From the NCBI GenBank assembly GCA_964567725.1, contig CAZMNU010000001.1:34838-98837 (forward strand): a stretch of 64,000 nt of DNA, written 5' to 3'. How positions within the stretch are numbered: the first letter of the stretch is position 1; each line of letters starts with the position of its first letter. Below, piece by piece: positions 20,784-31,766 of the stretch. The position numbers were made by a program, and so were the translations under genes. This stretch comes from an uncultured Desulfobulbus sp. (GTDB lineage Bacteria > Desulfobacterota > Desulfobulbia > Desulfobulbales > Desulfobulbaceae). The notes below the pieces were generated by a model. The model saw only the letters and a list, made by a program, of their open reading frames with translations, was not told the DNA's origin and ran no database searches.

Positions 20784-22482
20784 ATCGCGGCGGCAGCGGC
20801 AGGGTCACTCGGACGATGCACCCGACCGGGGTGTTGTCCACGATGGCGACCGTGCCACGGTGGTTGTCGATGATCTGGCGGACGATGGACAGGCCGAGGC
20901 CGGTGCCGTCGGCCCGGTTGGAAAAGAACGGTTCGAATACTCTCACGCGCAGGTCGGGCGCAATCCCCGGCCCCTGATCGCGGACCTCGATCTGCAGCAC
21001 CTCCTGGCCGTCCTGCTGTGTCTCGGCCGCGGCCACGGTCACCCCTCCCCCCTCTGCACCCACCGCCGCACAACCGTTTTCGAGCAGATGGACAAGCACC
21101 GTCTGCACCTGCTGGCGGTCCGCCCAGCAATCGAGGTTGGCGTCGAACTGCCGGTCGATGCGGCTTGCCGCCGCGCCGAGCGGTCCCTGCAGCAGGCCGC
21201 TGACCACCTCGTCCACCAGTCGGCCGAGCGAGAACCACTCGGGCTGCACGGCCGCCGGCCGGGCGAACTGGAGAAAATCGGTGATGGTTTTTGCCATGCG
21301 GCCGGATTCGCGCAGGATAATGCCGATGAGCGTCTTGAAGGTGGCCGCATCGATGGCCGCGAGGTTGTCCTGGTCGAGCGCCAGAATCTGCGCCGAGCCG
21401 GAGATCGCGGCCAGCGGATTGCGGAACCCGTGGGCCACGGAACCGCTCATCTGGCCGATGGCCGCCAGTTTCTCGGTCTCGCGGATCTGTTGTTCCATCC
21501 GTTCGATCTGGCTGATATCCTGGAGGGTGATCACCTTCCAGCCGTTTTCCTGCTCCTGCCCCTGTTCCGCCGGCATGTTGAGGTTGGAATAGGAATAGCC
21601 CAGGCGGATGGCGGTGCCGTCCCGTTTGCGGAAATCACAGACGCTGCGCCCCTGCCGCTCCTCGCGCAGGGAGATGGCCGGGAAGCGGCCGGAGAACGGC
21701 TGGCCGAGCAGGAACATGCGGGAGCAGCCGGTGATCCGTTCGGCCGCCCGGTTGCAGGAGGTGATCCGGTTGCGGCTGTCGGTGGTGATGATGCCGGTGG
21801 CGATGTCGTCGAAGATCTGCTTGTAGAGGATGGAGAGCCGGTCGTACTCGAGCGCGGTGCGGTTGAGCCGCTCCTCGGTGAAGCGCAGCCGCCGGGCCAG
21901 TTGCCCGCTGAGCAGGGCGGCCAGGAAGAAGATCAGCCCGTAGGTGGCGAACAGGTTGGAGCTTATGAACAGGTTGTCCGGCGCGCGGTAGGCCGGGGCG
22001 CGATAATAGGCGGGCAGCCAGTGGAGCAGTTCACTGCCGAGCACCGCGCCGTAGAGCAGGGTGGCGGCCGCGGCCAGCACCAGGCCGCCGCTGCGGTGGA
22101 GAATGAGTCCGGCAGCGATCACCGGCAGGAGGAAGATGGGCGCGAACACGGAACTGCTGCAGCCGGTGGCGTAGACCAGGAGGGCGGCGCCGACCGTATC
22201 CGAGAGCAGCTGCACCAGGCCGAAGGTGCGCACCGGTACGGATGTTTTCTGCAGCAGCAGGGCCGAGCCGACGGTGTAGGCGTAGAGCAGCAGGAGGAAG
22301 CCGAGCGTCACCGACTGGGGCGGCAGGAGCACCTGCTGCCCCTTGCCGCGGAAGAACGAGGCGATGGCGATGAGCAGGGTGAACAGCAGCACGCGGGTGA
22401 ACAGCCAGCGCAGCAGGTGGCGGCGGGTCTCCTGCTCGCTGTCGGCAACAGGGGTGAAGATGCGGGCGAGGCGCTGCAGCAT
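20773..22482 (-). CDS. pilS: PilS-like membrane sensor histidine kinase (PAS-HisKA-HATPase)
   Basis: about 6 TM N-terminus; H-box [25 protein letters not shown]; downstream of pilR-like gene. Confidence 0.8.
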   Translation of the reverse strand: MLQRLARIFTPVADSEQETRRHLLRWLFTRVLLFTLLIAIASFFRGKGQQVLLPPQSVTLGFLLLLYAYTVGSALLLQKTSVPVRTFGLVQLLSDTVGAALLVYATGCSSSVFAPIFLLPVIAAGLILHRSGGLVLAAAATLLYGAVLGSELLHWLPAYYRAPAYRAPDNLFISSNLFATYGLIFFLAALLSGQLARRLRFTEERLNRTALEYDRLSILYKQIFDDIATGIITTDSRNRITSCNRAAERITGCSRMFLLGQPFSGRFPAISLREERQGRSVCDFRKRDGTAIRLGYSYSNLNMPAEQGQEQENGWKVITLQDISQIERMEQQIRETEKLAAIGQMSGSVAHGFRNPLAAISGSAQILALDQDNLAAIDAATFKTLIGIILRESGRMAKTITDFLQFARPAAVQPEWFSLGRLVDEVVSGLLQGPLGAAASRIDRQFDANLDCWADRQQVQTVLVHLLENGCAAVGAEGGGVTVAAAETQQDGQEVLQIEVRDQGPGIAPDLRVRVFEPFFSNRADGTGLGLSIVRQIIDNHRGTVAIVDNTPVGCIVRVTLPLPPRSTP

Positions 22483-22536
22483 GGGCGGCTCCGGGTGCGG
22501 TGCAATGGATCGGGGGAAAAGGGGAGACCGCCGGCC

Positions 22537-23916
22537 TCAGTCGATGTTGTGCTTTTTGGTTTTGTAGCGCAGGCTGCGGAAGCTCAGCTTGAGCAGGTCG
22601 GCGGCGCGCATCTTGGAGTTGTCGGCCCGGGCCAGGGCGTGCAGGATCATTTCTTTTTCCACCTGCTGGAGCACCTCCTCCAGTCCCCGCTCGAACAGTT
22701 CGTGCTCGTCGCGGGCAGCGACGAACAGCGGTTCGGCGGTGTCCGCCGGCCGGGCGGGGGTGGTCTTTTCCTGCCGGTGGAGGGAGAGGATGAGGTTCTC
22801 CGGCAGGATGATGTTCGAGGATTCGAGCGCCACGCCGCGCTCGATGATGTTCTCCAGTTCGCGCACGTTCCCCGGGAAATCGTACTGCATGAGCACCTCC
22901 ATGCCGTAGCTGGAGATGGTCTGCACCTCCTTGCCGAGCAGGGTCGAATACTTCTTGAGGAAGTGGTCGACGAGCAGGGGCACGTCGCCGATGCGCTCAC
23001 GCAGGGGCGGCACGCGGATGGGCACCACCGCCAGCCGGTAGTAGAGGTCCTCGCGGAACCGGCCGGAGATGATCTCCTGCTCGAGCACCCGGTTGGTGGC
23101 GGCGATGATGCGCACGTTCACCTGGCGCGTGCGGGTGGAGCCCACCGGCATGAACTCCCGTTCCTGGAGGACCCGCAGCAGCTTGGTCTGGATGATCGGG
23201 GTGAGTTCGCCGATCTCGTCGAGAAAGGCGGTGCCGCGGTCGGCCTGCTGAAACAGCCCGGCCTTGTCCGCGATGGCCCCGGTGAACGAGCCCTTGACAT
23301 GACCGAACAGCTCGCTCTCGAGCAGGCTCTCCGGGATGGCGCTGCAGGTGATGGGCACAAAGGGGTTGGCCGCCACCCGCGAGCGGTTGTGGATGGCCCG
23401 GGCCACCAGTTCCTTGCCGGTGCCCGACTCGCCGTAGATGAGCACGTTGGCCGGGGTGGGCGCGATCTTGGTGATCATGTCGAAGATCTTCATCATCTCC
23501 GGGCTGCGGCCGATGATCTCCGGGAACCCCTCCTCTGGCACCGGACCGGCGGTGTGCCGCTTCTTCATCGCCGCCCGCACCACGCCCTTGATCTCGTCGA
23601 CGTTGAACGGCTTGGTGATGTAGTCGAAGGCCCCGTTCTTCATGGCCGTGACCGCGTCGTCGGGCGAGGCGAAGGCGGTGATCATGATCACCCCGGTCTC
23701 GGGCCGGAGCTGCTTGCTGCGGGCGAGCAGTTCCAGCCCGGTCATGCCGGGCATGCGGATGTCGGAGATGACGAGGTCAAAGGGCTCCACCTCGAGCAGG
23801 GCGAGCGCGTTCTTGCCGTCCGCTGCCGCCCGCACCCCGTAGCCCTCCTTTTCGAGAAGGATGGTGAGGAACTCGCGCATGCTCAGTTCATCGTCGACAA
23901 CGAGGATGGAGGCCAT
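22537..23916 (-). CDS. pilR: PilR/NtrC-family sigma54-dependent response regulator
   Basis: REC domain (VVDDE, DIRMP), GESGTGKE, GSFTGA, FREDLYYRL, HTH tail SFRSLRYK. Confidence 0.85.
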   Translation of the reverse strand: MASILVVDDELSMREFLTILLEKEGYGVRAAADGKNALALLEVEPFDLVISDIRMPGMTGLELLARSKQLRPETGVIMITAFASPDDAVTAMKNGAFDYITKPFNVDEIKGVVRAAMKKRHTAGPVPEEGFPEIIGRSPEMMKIFDMITKIAPTPANVLIYGESGTGKELVARAIHNRSRVAANPFVPITCSAIPESLLESELFGHVKGSFTGAIADKAGLFQQADRGTAFLDEIGELTPIIQTKLLRVLQEREFMPVGSTRTRQVNVRIIAATNRVLEQEIISGRFREDLYYRLAVVPIRVPPLRERIGDVPLLVDHFLKKYSTLLGKEVQTISSYGMEVLMQYDFPGNVRELENIIERGVALESSNIILPENLILSLHRQEKTTPARPADTAEPLFVAARDEHELFERGLEEVLQQVEKEMILHALARADNSKMRAADLLKLSFRSLRYKTKKHNID

Positions 23917-24096
23917 GGTTCTCCCGTACCGCTTCCTGCGGGTGGATCTGGTGTGGTGTGCGATTCTTGTAGCCGCAAGTGGAAGTTGAAGTCAAACATT
24001 ATCCATCCCGGTTTACAAGCCGGGGCGGATGGGGTAGAAGGGAGCGTCTCTTCGGCCCTTTCCCCCCAGACAACGCAACCCGGAGGGGTGTACACG

Positions 24097-24902
24097 GTGG
24101 AACAGCAGGAACAGTTTGACCAGCAGACCTTGACCGAACACCTGGCGGAGTTGCGCTCCTGCCTGCTGATCTCACTCGGCGCCGTGGCCGTGGGCTTCGC
24201 CGCCGCCTACAGCGTTGTCCGCCACCTGGCCGACTGGTTCCTCCGCCCGCTCATCCAGGTCCTGCCCGAGGGGCGCGGCCTGATCTTCACCTCGTACCAG
24301 GAAGGGTTTTTTTTTACCTGAAGCTCGCCCTGGTGTGCGGCACCCTGCTCGCCAGCCCGGTCATCTTTCTGCAGATCTGGCGCTTCGTCTCCCCCGGCCT
24401 GTACCGCCATGAAAAGCGGGTGCTGGTGCCGTTCACGGTCATCTCCACCCTCTGTTTCGCCGGCGGCGCCCTGTTCGGCTATTTTGTCGTTTTTCCCCCG
24501 GCCTTCCGCTTCCTCATCGGCTATTCGAGCGACCTGCTCGAGGCCATGCCCGCGGTCAACGAGTACTTTTCGCTCGCCCTGCGCCTGTTCCTGGCCTTCG
24601 GCATTGTCTTCGAACTGCCGGTGCTCATGGTCTTCCTCGCCAAGGTCGGCGTGGTCGACCGGCCGTTTCTGCGCCGCAACCGCAAGTACGCCCTGCTCAT
24701 CGCCTTTGTCGTCGCGGCCATCCTCACCCCCACCCCGGATGTGGTCAACCAGCTGCTCATGGCCGGACCGCTCATCCTGCTCTACGAGGTCAGCATCATC
24801 GCCGTGGGCCTGTTCGCCCGCCGGCCCCTGGCCGGTTTTCCCGGCAAAGGGGAGGCGGACAGCGGGGCGACAACAGCCGCGGACACCCCGCCGCAGGACT
24901 GA
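24097..24902 (+). pseudogene. tatC: twin-arginine translocase subunit TatC, frameshifted at T9 tract (24307-24315)
   Basis: N-part ...LTEHLAELR...FTSYQEGFFF then TGA; C-part YLKLA...QIWRFVSPGLYRHEKR...FELP...AAILTPTPD...LYEVSI in another frame; one extra T restores a continuous ORF. Confidence 0.9.
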
Positions 24903-24923
24903 GCCGGTGCGCCGCATTTGTCC

Positions 24924-24953
24924 TTGCCGAACCGTCGGCAGGTTGTTTACGAT
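24924..24953 (+). promoter_or_regulatory. putative sigma70 promoter for fba
   Basis: TTGCCG-N18-TACGAT. Confidence 0.4.
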
Positions 24954-25054
24954 ACAGAGTATTCTTCACAGACAACCACAGCCCGGCATTGCCTGCGGAC
25001 CCCTGTCCGGCCGGCGGCCGGCTGCCTGAACCAACCGTCAACAGGAGGACATCC

Positions 25055-26335
25055 ATGTCGTACATCGCCGATTTTGAGAAAGCCGTGGAGATCGGCCGGC
25101 CGCCGAACATCCGTACCCTGTTTCCCAACTCGCGCGCGCTCCTGGTGAGCGGCAAGGTGATCGACCGGGCCCTGCTGGCCAAGGGCGGCGCCATGACCAT
25201 TGCCGCCAACGGCCGCAACCACCTGATCATCCGCGGCGTGCTCCAGGCGGCGCAGCGGGCCCGGGCGGCGGTGCTCATCGAGATCGCCCGTTCTGAGGGC
25301 GGCGCCTCGGCCTACTGCCCGACCAACTACTGGAACATCGCCCGCCAGGTGGACGCCCTGTGCAACGAACTGGCCATCACCGTGCCGGTGGCCATCCACG
25401 CCGACCATTACGGCATCAAGAAAGCGGAGGACATCCCGGCGGCGGCCATCGAGATCCCGACCATCTTCGAGGCCGGCATCACCTCGATCGCCATCGACGC
25501 CTCGCACCTGCCCGACGCCGACAACCTGCTGGCCAGCATCGAGCTGTCCCGCTACGTGCCCAGTTGGGCCGGCTTCGAGACCGAGGTGGGCGAGATCAAG
25601 GGCAAGCACGGCCTGTCCACCACCGAGGAGGCCCTGTTCATCGTCCAGGGACTCAATGCCCACGGCATCTTCCCGGACTGGATCGCCCTCAACAACGGCA
25701 CCACCCACGGCATCGAGGCCTCGGCCCAGGGCATCCAGGTGGAACTCACCGCCGAAATCCACCAGGCCCTGGAGCGCTACAAGGTGAGCGGCGCCCAGCA
25801 CGGCACCTCGGGCAACAACTCCGACCGGCTGCGGGCCATCGCCGCGCAGACCAACTCCACCAAGGCCAACGTGGCCACGGCCCTGCAGATGGTCAGCTGG
25901 GGCCTGGAGGTCAACGACTACGGCAACGCGGTGCTCGACGCGAGCGGCGACTTCATCAAGGTCCCGGGCGAGGGCGTCACCGAGGAACTCTGGCAGGCGA
26001 TGCGCGCCTATGCCGACAGCAAGGGCTGGAAAAAGGGCGACTACAAGAGCCTCAACCTGGTGTTCGAAAACCGCATCATGGGGCAGCCGCGGGCGGTGCG
26101 CGAGCGCATGGCCCGGCGGGTGGAGGACTTTGTCCACACCCTGCTGGTTTCGGTGTTCAACGCCGCTGACACGGCCCGGCTGGGCGTGGAGGCCATTCTC
26201 GCGGCCGGCAGTTATGATCTCGGCCCCAAGGTCGGGCGGATCGAGTCACCCGAGGAGTGGACCGCGGACAAGATCCGGGCGCGGGCGGCCACCATCACCA
26301 GCGACAAGGGACCGGCGGGTGATTATGACGACTGA
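25055..26335 (+). CDS. fba: class II fructose-bisphosphate aldolase
   Basis: HADH, IDASH, ETEVGEI, NNGTTHG, AQHGTSG, KANVAT; AGGAGG RBS. Confidence 0.88.
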   Translation: MSYIADFEKAVEIGRPPNIRTLFPNSRALLVSGKVIDRALLAKGGAMTIAANGRNHLIIRGVLQAAQRARAAVLIEIARSEGGASAYCPTNYWNIARQVDALCNELAITVPVAIHADHYGIKKAEDIPAAAIEIPTIFEAGITSIAIDASHLPDADNLLASIELSRYVPSWAGFETEVGEIKGKHGLSTTEEALFIVQGLNAHGIFPDWIALNNGTTHGIEASAQGIQVELTAEIHQALERYKVSGAQHGTSGNNSDRLRAIAAQTNSTKANVATALQMVSWGLEVNDYGNAVLDASGDFIKVPGEGVTEELWQAMRAYADSKGWKKGDYKSLNLVFENRIMGQPRAVRERMARRVEDFVHTLLVSVFNAADTARLGVEAILAAGSYDLGPKVGRIESPEEWTADKIRARAATITSDKGPAGDYDD

Positions 26336-26389
26336 ACCGGCTGCGGCGCCCGTCGATCCGGTCCTGGAAGACAGCAGGGAGGACAGGGA

Positions 26390-27409
26390 TTGAGCCCATT
26401 TACGAAGATACTGGTCACCGGCGCCGCCGGCTTCATCGGCCACGGTCTCTGTCAGCGGCTGCTGGCCGAGGGCAGAACCGTGGTCGGCCTGGACAACCTC
26501 AACGACTACTACGACCCGCAGTTGAAGCGGGACCGGCTCGCCCGGCTGCAGGCCCATTCCGGGTTTTCCCACGCATTCTTCGACATGGCCGACCGTGAGC
26601 GCACCGCAGCCCTGTTCGCGGCGGAGCGGTTCGACGCGGTGGTCAACCTGGCGGCCCAGGCGGGCGTGCGCTACTCGCTCGTCAATCCCCACTCCTACGT
26701 GGACACCAACCTGGTCGGCTTCGTCAACCTCCTCGAGGGCTGCCGCCACACCGGCGTCCAGCACCTGGTGTACGCCTCGTCGAGTTCGGTCTACGGGGCC
26801 AACACCAAGATGCCCTTTTCGGTGCACGACAACGTCGACCACCCTGTGAGCCTGTACGCGGCCTCGAAAAAGGCCAACGAACTGATGGCCCACACCTACA
26901 GCCACCTGTTCGCGCTGCCGACCACGGGCCTGCGCTTCTTCACCGTGTACGGGCCCTGGGGCCGGCCGGACATGGCCCTGTTCCTGTTCACCCGGGCGAT
27001 CCTCGAGGACCGGCCCATCGACGTGTTCAACAACGGCAACATGGAACGGGACTTCACCTACATCGATGACATCGTCGAGGGCGTGGTGCGGGTGATCGAC
27101 CGGGCCGCCGAACCCGACCCGGCATGGCGGGGCGACCAGCCCGACCCGGCGACCAGCTACTGTCCCTGGCGGGTGTTCAACATCGGCAACAACAGCAAGG
27201 AACGGCTGATGCGCTACATCGAGGTGCTGGAAGAGTGCCTCGGCCGCACGGCAGAGAAGAACTTCCTCCCCATGCAGGCCGGCGATGTGCCGGCCACCTA
27301 CGCCGACGTGCAGGATCTGGTGCGCACCGTCGGCTTCAAGCCGTCGACCCCCATCGAGGTCGGCGTCCGTCATTTCGTCGACTGGTACCGGGATTACTAC
27401 AAGGTGTGA
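26390..27409 (+). CDS. NAD-dependent epimerase (UDP-glucuronate 4-epimerase-like)
   Basis: [51 protein letters not shown] start. Confidence 0.92.
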   Translation: MSPFTKILVTGAAGFIGHGLCQRLLAEGRTVVGLDNLNDYYDPQLKRDRLARLQAHSGFSHAFFDMADRERTAALFAAERFDAVVNLAAQAGVRYSLVNPHSYVDTNLVGFVNLLEGCRHTGVQHLVYASSSSVYGANTKMPFSVHDNVDHPVSLYAASKKANELMAHTYSHLFALPTTGLRFFTVYGPWGRPDMALFLFTRAILEDRPIDVFNNGNMERDFTYIDDIVEGVVRVIDRAAEPDPAWRGDQPDPATSYCPWRVFNIGNNSKERLMRYIEVLEECLGRTAEKNFLPMQAGDVPATYADVQDLVRTVGFKPSTPIEVGVRHFVDWYRDYYKV

Positions 27410-27486
27410 ACAGACGGGACTGACCGCTCTGCCGCGGGCCACCGTTTTGGGTGGTCCGTGGCCGGTGCGGCCGTGCGGGACTCGGG

Positions 27487-28560
27487 TCAGGGAATGGTCT
27501 GGCCGCTGCGGCGCGCGGGTGTGGCCGGCGGCGCCATGCGGGTGGCCCGGGTGGCGGTGAGGCGGACGGGGCGAGCCGCCGGGGCCGGTGCGGCCGGGCG
27601 CATCTCCTGCAGATCCGGTTGTTGCGCGGGGCGAGGGTTCTGCGGCAGGATTCGGGCCGTGGTCGGCTGGGTCGCCCGCGCTGGCGGCTGAACCCGGGCC
27701 ACCAGGGTCGGCCGCACCGGTCTGCCCGGGGCAAAGGCGTACACCTGGTTGTTGAGGGACACGGTCGGCGGCAGACGAGTCAGTTCGAACAGGGTGTAGC
27801 CGCGCAGCAGGTTCCGCCAGAACGGCAGATGGGGCGAGCGGGTGTGGTGCATCAGGTTGGCGACCGTCATCCGGAAGGGAAAGATGTGCACCGGGAACGA
27901 GAGCTGGCCGCTGCTCAGGGCGTAATCGGCGATGGTGTAGATCTCCTCGATGGCCGGGTCGGTCATGGCGAAGCAGCCCACCGAATCCTTTTTGCCGTGC
28001 ACCATGATGGCGCCGCCGGTGGCGCCGCGCAGCAGGTCATACTCGTTCGGGTAGCCGATGTTGAAGGCCAGGTGGAAATTGCTCCACGGGTTCATGTGCT
28101 CGGCGGTGACCGCGTAGAACCCCTCCGGCGCCTGCAGGTCCCCTTCCCGCGTCTTCGGGCCGAGTCCGCCGGAAAACCTGGCAATCGGGTATTTCTTGAA
28201 CAGTTTGAACCGCTCGCCGCGCTCCACCCACACCTCCAGTTCCTTGCTTTGTTTGAAGATGCGGATGTAGATGGGTGCGCCCAGGGTCAGCGAGGCGAGC
28301 CGGAACTGGTTGCGCAGGTCCGCCTCGCGCTGGGCGCGCACCGCCACGGAGCGTTCACTCTGCGGGGTCGGCGGGCAGGGCGGGGCCGGGGTTGGCCGGA
28401 TCACGGTTTTGGTCGGCGGCGGCAGACTCTTGCTGTCCGTCGGCACCACGGTCGCCCCTTTTTTCTTGTGCGAGCAGCCCGCTCCAGCCGTGAGCAGGGC
28501 GAGACCGAGACAGGCGATGCAGACAAGGCGGACAGCGAGGGCGATGGTGGTGGGCTTCAT
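27487..28560 (-). CDS. YkuD-family L,D-transpeptidase/amidase (YafK/DpaA-like) lipoprotein with Pro-rich tail
   Basis: IRIFKQSKELEVW, GPKTREGDLQAPEGFY, GYPNEYD, IMVHG..SVGCFAM, HIFPFRMT. Confidence 0.85.
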   Translation of the reverse strand: MKPTTIALAVRLVCIACLGLALLTAGAGCSHKKKGATVVPTDSKSLPPPTKTVIRPTPAPPCPPTPQSERSVAVRAQREADLRNQFRLASLTLGAPIYIRIFKQSKELEVWVERGERFKLFKKYPIARFSGGLGPKTREGDLQAPEGFYAVTAEHMNPWSNFHLAFNIGYPNEYDLLRGATGGAIMVHGKKDSVGCFAMTDPAIEEIYTIADYALSSGQLSFPVHIFPFRMTVANLMHHTRSPHLPFWRNLLRGYTLFELTRLPPTVSLNNQVYAFAPGRPVRPTLVARVQPPARATQPTTARILPQNPRPAQQPDLQEMRPAAPAPAARPVRLTATRATRMAPPATPARRSGQTIP

Positions 28561-28607
28561 GGGGCCTGCGTTTTTTCGTTGACCGGTTGCCAGGGACACC
28601 GCCGGGA

Positions 28608-30533
28608 TCAGCCCGGCAGTTGGGTCTGTTCGGGCCGCAGCAGGTCGAGCACGCTGCGGGCGATGCCGTCTGCGTCGATGCCCGCGGCCCGCCAGAGCAC
28701 GGTCTGCGGCCCGTGTTCGATGAAGCGGTCCACGTAGCCGAGCCTGCGCACCGGCAGGTGCAGACCGCGCTCGTTGAGCGCCTCCAGCACGGCGCTGCCG
28801 AAACCGGACTGGACACAGTTGTCCTCGACCGTCACCACCCGCCCGGTGCGTGCCGCCCAGTCGGCGATCAGGTCGCTGTCCAGCGGCTTGAGGAAACGGG
28901 GGTTGATGACCGCCGCGTCGATGCCCTGCGCCTCCAGGCGTGCCGCCGCGGCCAGGGCCGGGCCGACCCGGTTGCCGATGGGCAGCAGGAGCACGTCCGC
29001 GCCTTTGCGCAGCACCGTGCCCCGGCCGATCTCCAGCCGGCGAAAGTCCGGTTCCAGGGCGATGCCCTCACCGTTGCCCCGGGGGTAGCGGAGCACCACC
29101 GGGCCGTGGTGGGAGAGGGCGGTGTGGAGCATGTGCTGCAGTTCGTTCTCGTCCGCCGGCGCCATCATCACCAGGTTGGGAATGAAGCGCAGGAAGGCGA
29201 GATCGAACACGCCGTGGTGGGTCGGACCGTCGTCGCCGACCACGCCGCTGCGGTCCAGGGCGATGGTCACCGGCAGGTTGGGCAGGCAGACATCGTGGAT
29301 GAGCTGGTCCAGGGACCGCTGCATGAACGAGGAATAGACCGCGAAAAAGGGACGCAGCCCCTCCAGGGCGAGCCCGGCGGCAAAGGTGACCGCGTGCTGC
29401 TCGGCAATGCCCACGTCGAAGAAGCGGTCCGGGAACTCGGCCGCAAAGGGCAGGAGACCGGTGCCGCCGGGCATGGCCGCGGTGATCGCCACCACCCGCT
29501 CATCCTGTCGCGCCAGCCGGCAGAGGGTGTCGCCGAACACCTTGGTGTAGCTCACCCCGCCGCCGCTCTTCACCGGCGTGCCGGTGGCCACGTCGAAGGG
29601 CCCGACCCCGTGGAACTCGCCCGGGTTGGTCTCGGCCGGCTTGTAGCCCTTGCCCTTGGTGGTGATCACGTGCACCAGTACCGGCCCGTGCGAGTTGTCG
29701 CGGACGTTTTCCAGGGTGGCGATCAGGTCGTCCAGTTCATGGCCGGGAATGGGGCCGACATACTTGAACTTGAGCGCCTCGAAGAGCATGCCCGGGGTGA
29801 ACAGGTTCTTCAGGTTTTCTTCGCTCTTGCGCAGCACGGTGAGGATGTTCTCGCCCACCGAGGACAGGGCCATGAGCCGGTCCTCGATGTGGTCGCGCAG
29901 CCGGCGGATGGTGCGGCTGGTCATCTTGCGGCTGAGGAAACTGGACAGGGCGCCGACGTTTTTCGAGATCGACATCTCGTTGTCGTTGAGGATGACGATC
30001 AGGTCCCGGCCCAGGTCGCCGGCGTGGTTGAGGCCCTCGAAGGCCATGCCCGCGGTCATCGAGCCGTCGCCGATAACGGCGATGACCTTGCCCGGCTCGT
30101 CCCGGATGGCCTTGGCCGCGGCCATGCCCAGGCTGTAGCTGATGGAGGTGGAGCTGTGGCCGGCCTCCACCGGGTCGTACTCGCTCTCCGCCCGCTTGGG
30201 GAAGCCGCTCAGACCCCGGTGCTGGCGCAGGGTGGCGAACCGCTCCTTGCGGCCGGTGAGCAGCTTGTGGGCATAGGCCTGGTGGCCCACGTCCCAGACC
30301 AGCCGGTCGCGGGGGGTATCGAACACGTAGTGGAGGGCCAGGGTGAGTTCGACCACGCCGAGGCTGGGCGCCAGGTGGCCGCCGGTGCGGGCCACGGTGG
30401 TGATGATGGTCTCGCGCAGTTCGCGGGCGAGCTGTTCCATCTCGGCCACGCTGAGATCGCGCAGGTCCGCGGGGGAATTGACGGTGTCCAGCAGCCGGTA
30501 CTGCCGCTCGGCGTGGGTATCGACGATGAGCAT
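28608..30533 (-). CDS. dxs: 1-deoxy-D-xylulose-5-phosphate synthase
   Basis: [47 protein letters not shown]. Confidence 0.98.
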   Translation of the reverse strand: MLIVDTHAERQYRLLDTVNSPADLRDLSVAEMEQLARELRETIITTVARTGGHLAPSLGVVELTLALHYVFDTPRDRLVWDVGHQAYAHKLLTGRKERFATLRQHRGLSGFPKRAESEYDPVEAGHSSTSISYSLGMAAAKAIRDEPGKVIAVIGDGSMTAGMAFEGLNHAGDLGRDLIVILNDNEMSISKNVGALSSFLSRKMTSRTIRRLRDHIEDRLMALSSVGENILTVLRKSEENLKNLFTPGMLFEALKFKYVGPIPGHELDDLIATLENVRDNSHGPVLVHVITTKGKGYKPAETNPGEFHGVGPFDVATGTPVKSGGGVSYTKVFGDTLCRLARQDERVVAITAAMPGGTGLLPFAAEFPDRFFDVGIAEQHAVTFAAGLALEGLRPFFAVYSSFMQRSLDQLIHDVCLPNLPVTIALDRSGVVGDDGPTHHGVFDLAFLRFIPNLVMMAPADENELQHMLHTALSHHGPVVLRYPRGNGEGIALEPDFRRLEIGRGTVLRKGADVLLLPIGNRVGPALAAAARLEAQGIDAAVINPRFLKPLDSDLIADWAARTGRVVTVEDNCVQSGFGSAVLEALNERGLHLPVRRLGYVDRFIEHGPQTVLWRAAGIDADGIARSVLDLLRPEQTQLPG

Positions 30534-30535
30534 GA

Positions 30536-31432
30536 TTATTTTCTGCGGTCCACGATGTAGTTGGCCAGGGCCCGGAGCGGGTCGGCCTTGCGGTCAAAGG
30601 AGGCGAGGGCGGCAACGGCCTCTGCCGCCGCTTCCCGCGCCATGGTTTTTGAGGTCTCGACCCCGAACAGCGAGGGGTAGGTGACCTTCTGGGCGCGCTC
30701 GTCGCTGCCCGCGGTCTTGCCCAGTTCCTCGGTGGTGGCGACCACGTCGAGCAGGTCGTCGACGATCTGGAAGGCCAGGCCGATGTTGTCGCCGTAGGCG
30801 CACAGGGCCGCCTCCTGCTCGGGGTCGGCGCCGGCCACCAGGCCGCCGCTCTGCACCGCGGCGGTGATCATGGCCCCGGTCTTGCTGCGGTGAATGCTGC
30901 GCAGCACCTCGTAGCCGACCTGCTGGCCCTCGTAGAGCATGTCCAGGCTCTGGCCGCCGACCATGCCCAGGGGGCCGGCCGCCCGGGCGATGGCCGCGAT
31001 GATGCGCACCCGGGTGGCGGCGTCGATGGCCGCGGTCGCCTCGCCGCCGAGCAGTTCAAAGGCAAAGGTGAGCAGGCCGTCGCCGGCGAGGATGGCGGCT
31101 GCCTCGCCGAACACGGTGTGGTTGGTCGGCTGGCCGCGGCGCAGGTCGTCGTCGTCCATGGCCGGCAGGTCGTCGTGGATGAGCGAGTAGGTGTGGATGC
31201 ACTCGAGCGCGCAGGCCACCGGCAGAACCCGCCGGGCAACCGCCTCCCCCTCGTCCACGGCCTCGGCCCCGGCCAGGCAGAGGATGGGCCGCAGGCGCTT
31301 GCCGCCGACGAACAGGCTGTAGCGCATGGATTCGATGTGCTCGCGGAAGGGGCCGTCCGCTGCGAGCATGAAGCGGGCAAGGCCGTCTTCGACCCGGCGG
31401 CGCCGTTCACTCAGGTAGTTCGCTATTTCCAC
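30536..31432 (-). CDS. ispA: farnesyl/geranyl diphosphate synthase
   Basis: [40 protein letters not shown] start overlapping xseB. Confidence 0.95.
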   Translation of the reverse strand: MEIANYLSERRRRVEDGLARFMLAADGPFREHIESMRYSLFVGGKRLRPILCLAGAEAVDEGEAVARRVLPVACALECIHTYSLIHDDLPAMDDDDLRRGQPTNHTVFGEAAAILAGDGLLTFAFELLGGEATAAIDAATRVRIIAAIARAAGPLGMVGGQSLDMLYEGQQVGYEVLRSIHRSKTGAMITAAVQSGGLVAGADPEQEAALCAYGDNIGLAFQIVDDLLDVVATTEELGKTAGSDERAQKVTYPSLFGVETSKTMAREAAAEAVAALASFDRKADPLRALANYIVDRRK

Positions 31433-31655
31433 CTTCGTCCTCCGCAAAGGGCACGGCCACCAGCTCGCCGTCCCTTTTCAGGAGCAGGTCGACGCGGCTT
31501 TTCGCCTCCTCGAGCCGGCTGTTGCAGAACTGCACCAGTTCGATGCCTTCGTTGAATTTGTCCAGGCTCTTTTCCAGGCTCAGATCGCCGGCCTCGAGTT
31601 CGGCGGTGATCTGCTCCAGCTTGGCGAGCGCCTGTTCGAACGTCTTTTTTGCCAT
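31407..31655 (-). CDS. xseB: exodeoxyribonuclease VII small subunit
   Basis: [23 protein letters not shown]; xseB-ispA-dxs synteny. Confidence 0.95.
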   Translation of the reverse strand: MAKKTFEQALAKLEQITAELEAGDLSLEKSLDKFNEGIELVQFCNSRLEEAKSRVDLLLKRDGELVAVPFAEDEGGNSELPE

Positions 31656-31766
31656 GGTCCCTGCGGCCGCCGGAACGCGGCGACGATTTTGTTTGCCGGA
31701 TGAAACATCCGGAAGTAACAAGCGACTTTAAACAGAATACCCCGTGGTTTCAACCTCTCTTTGGCG

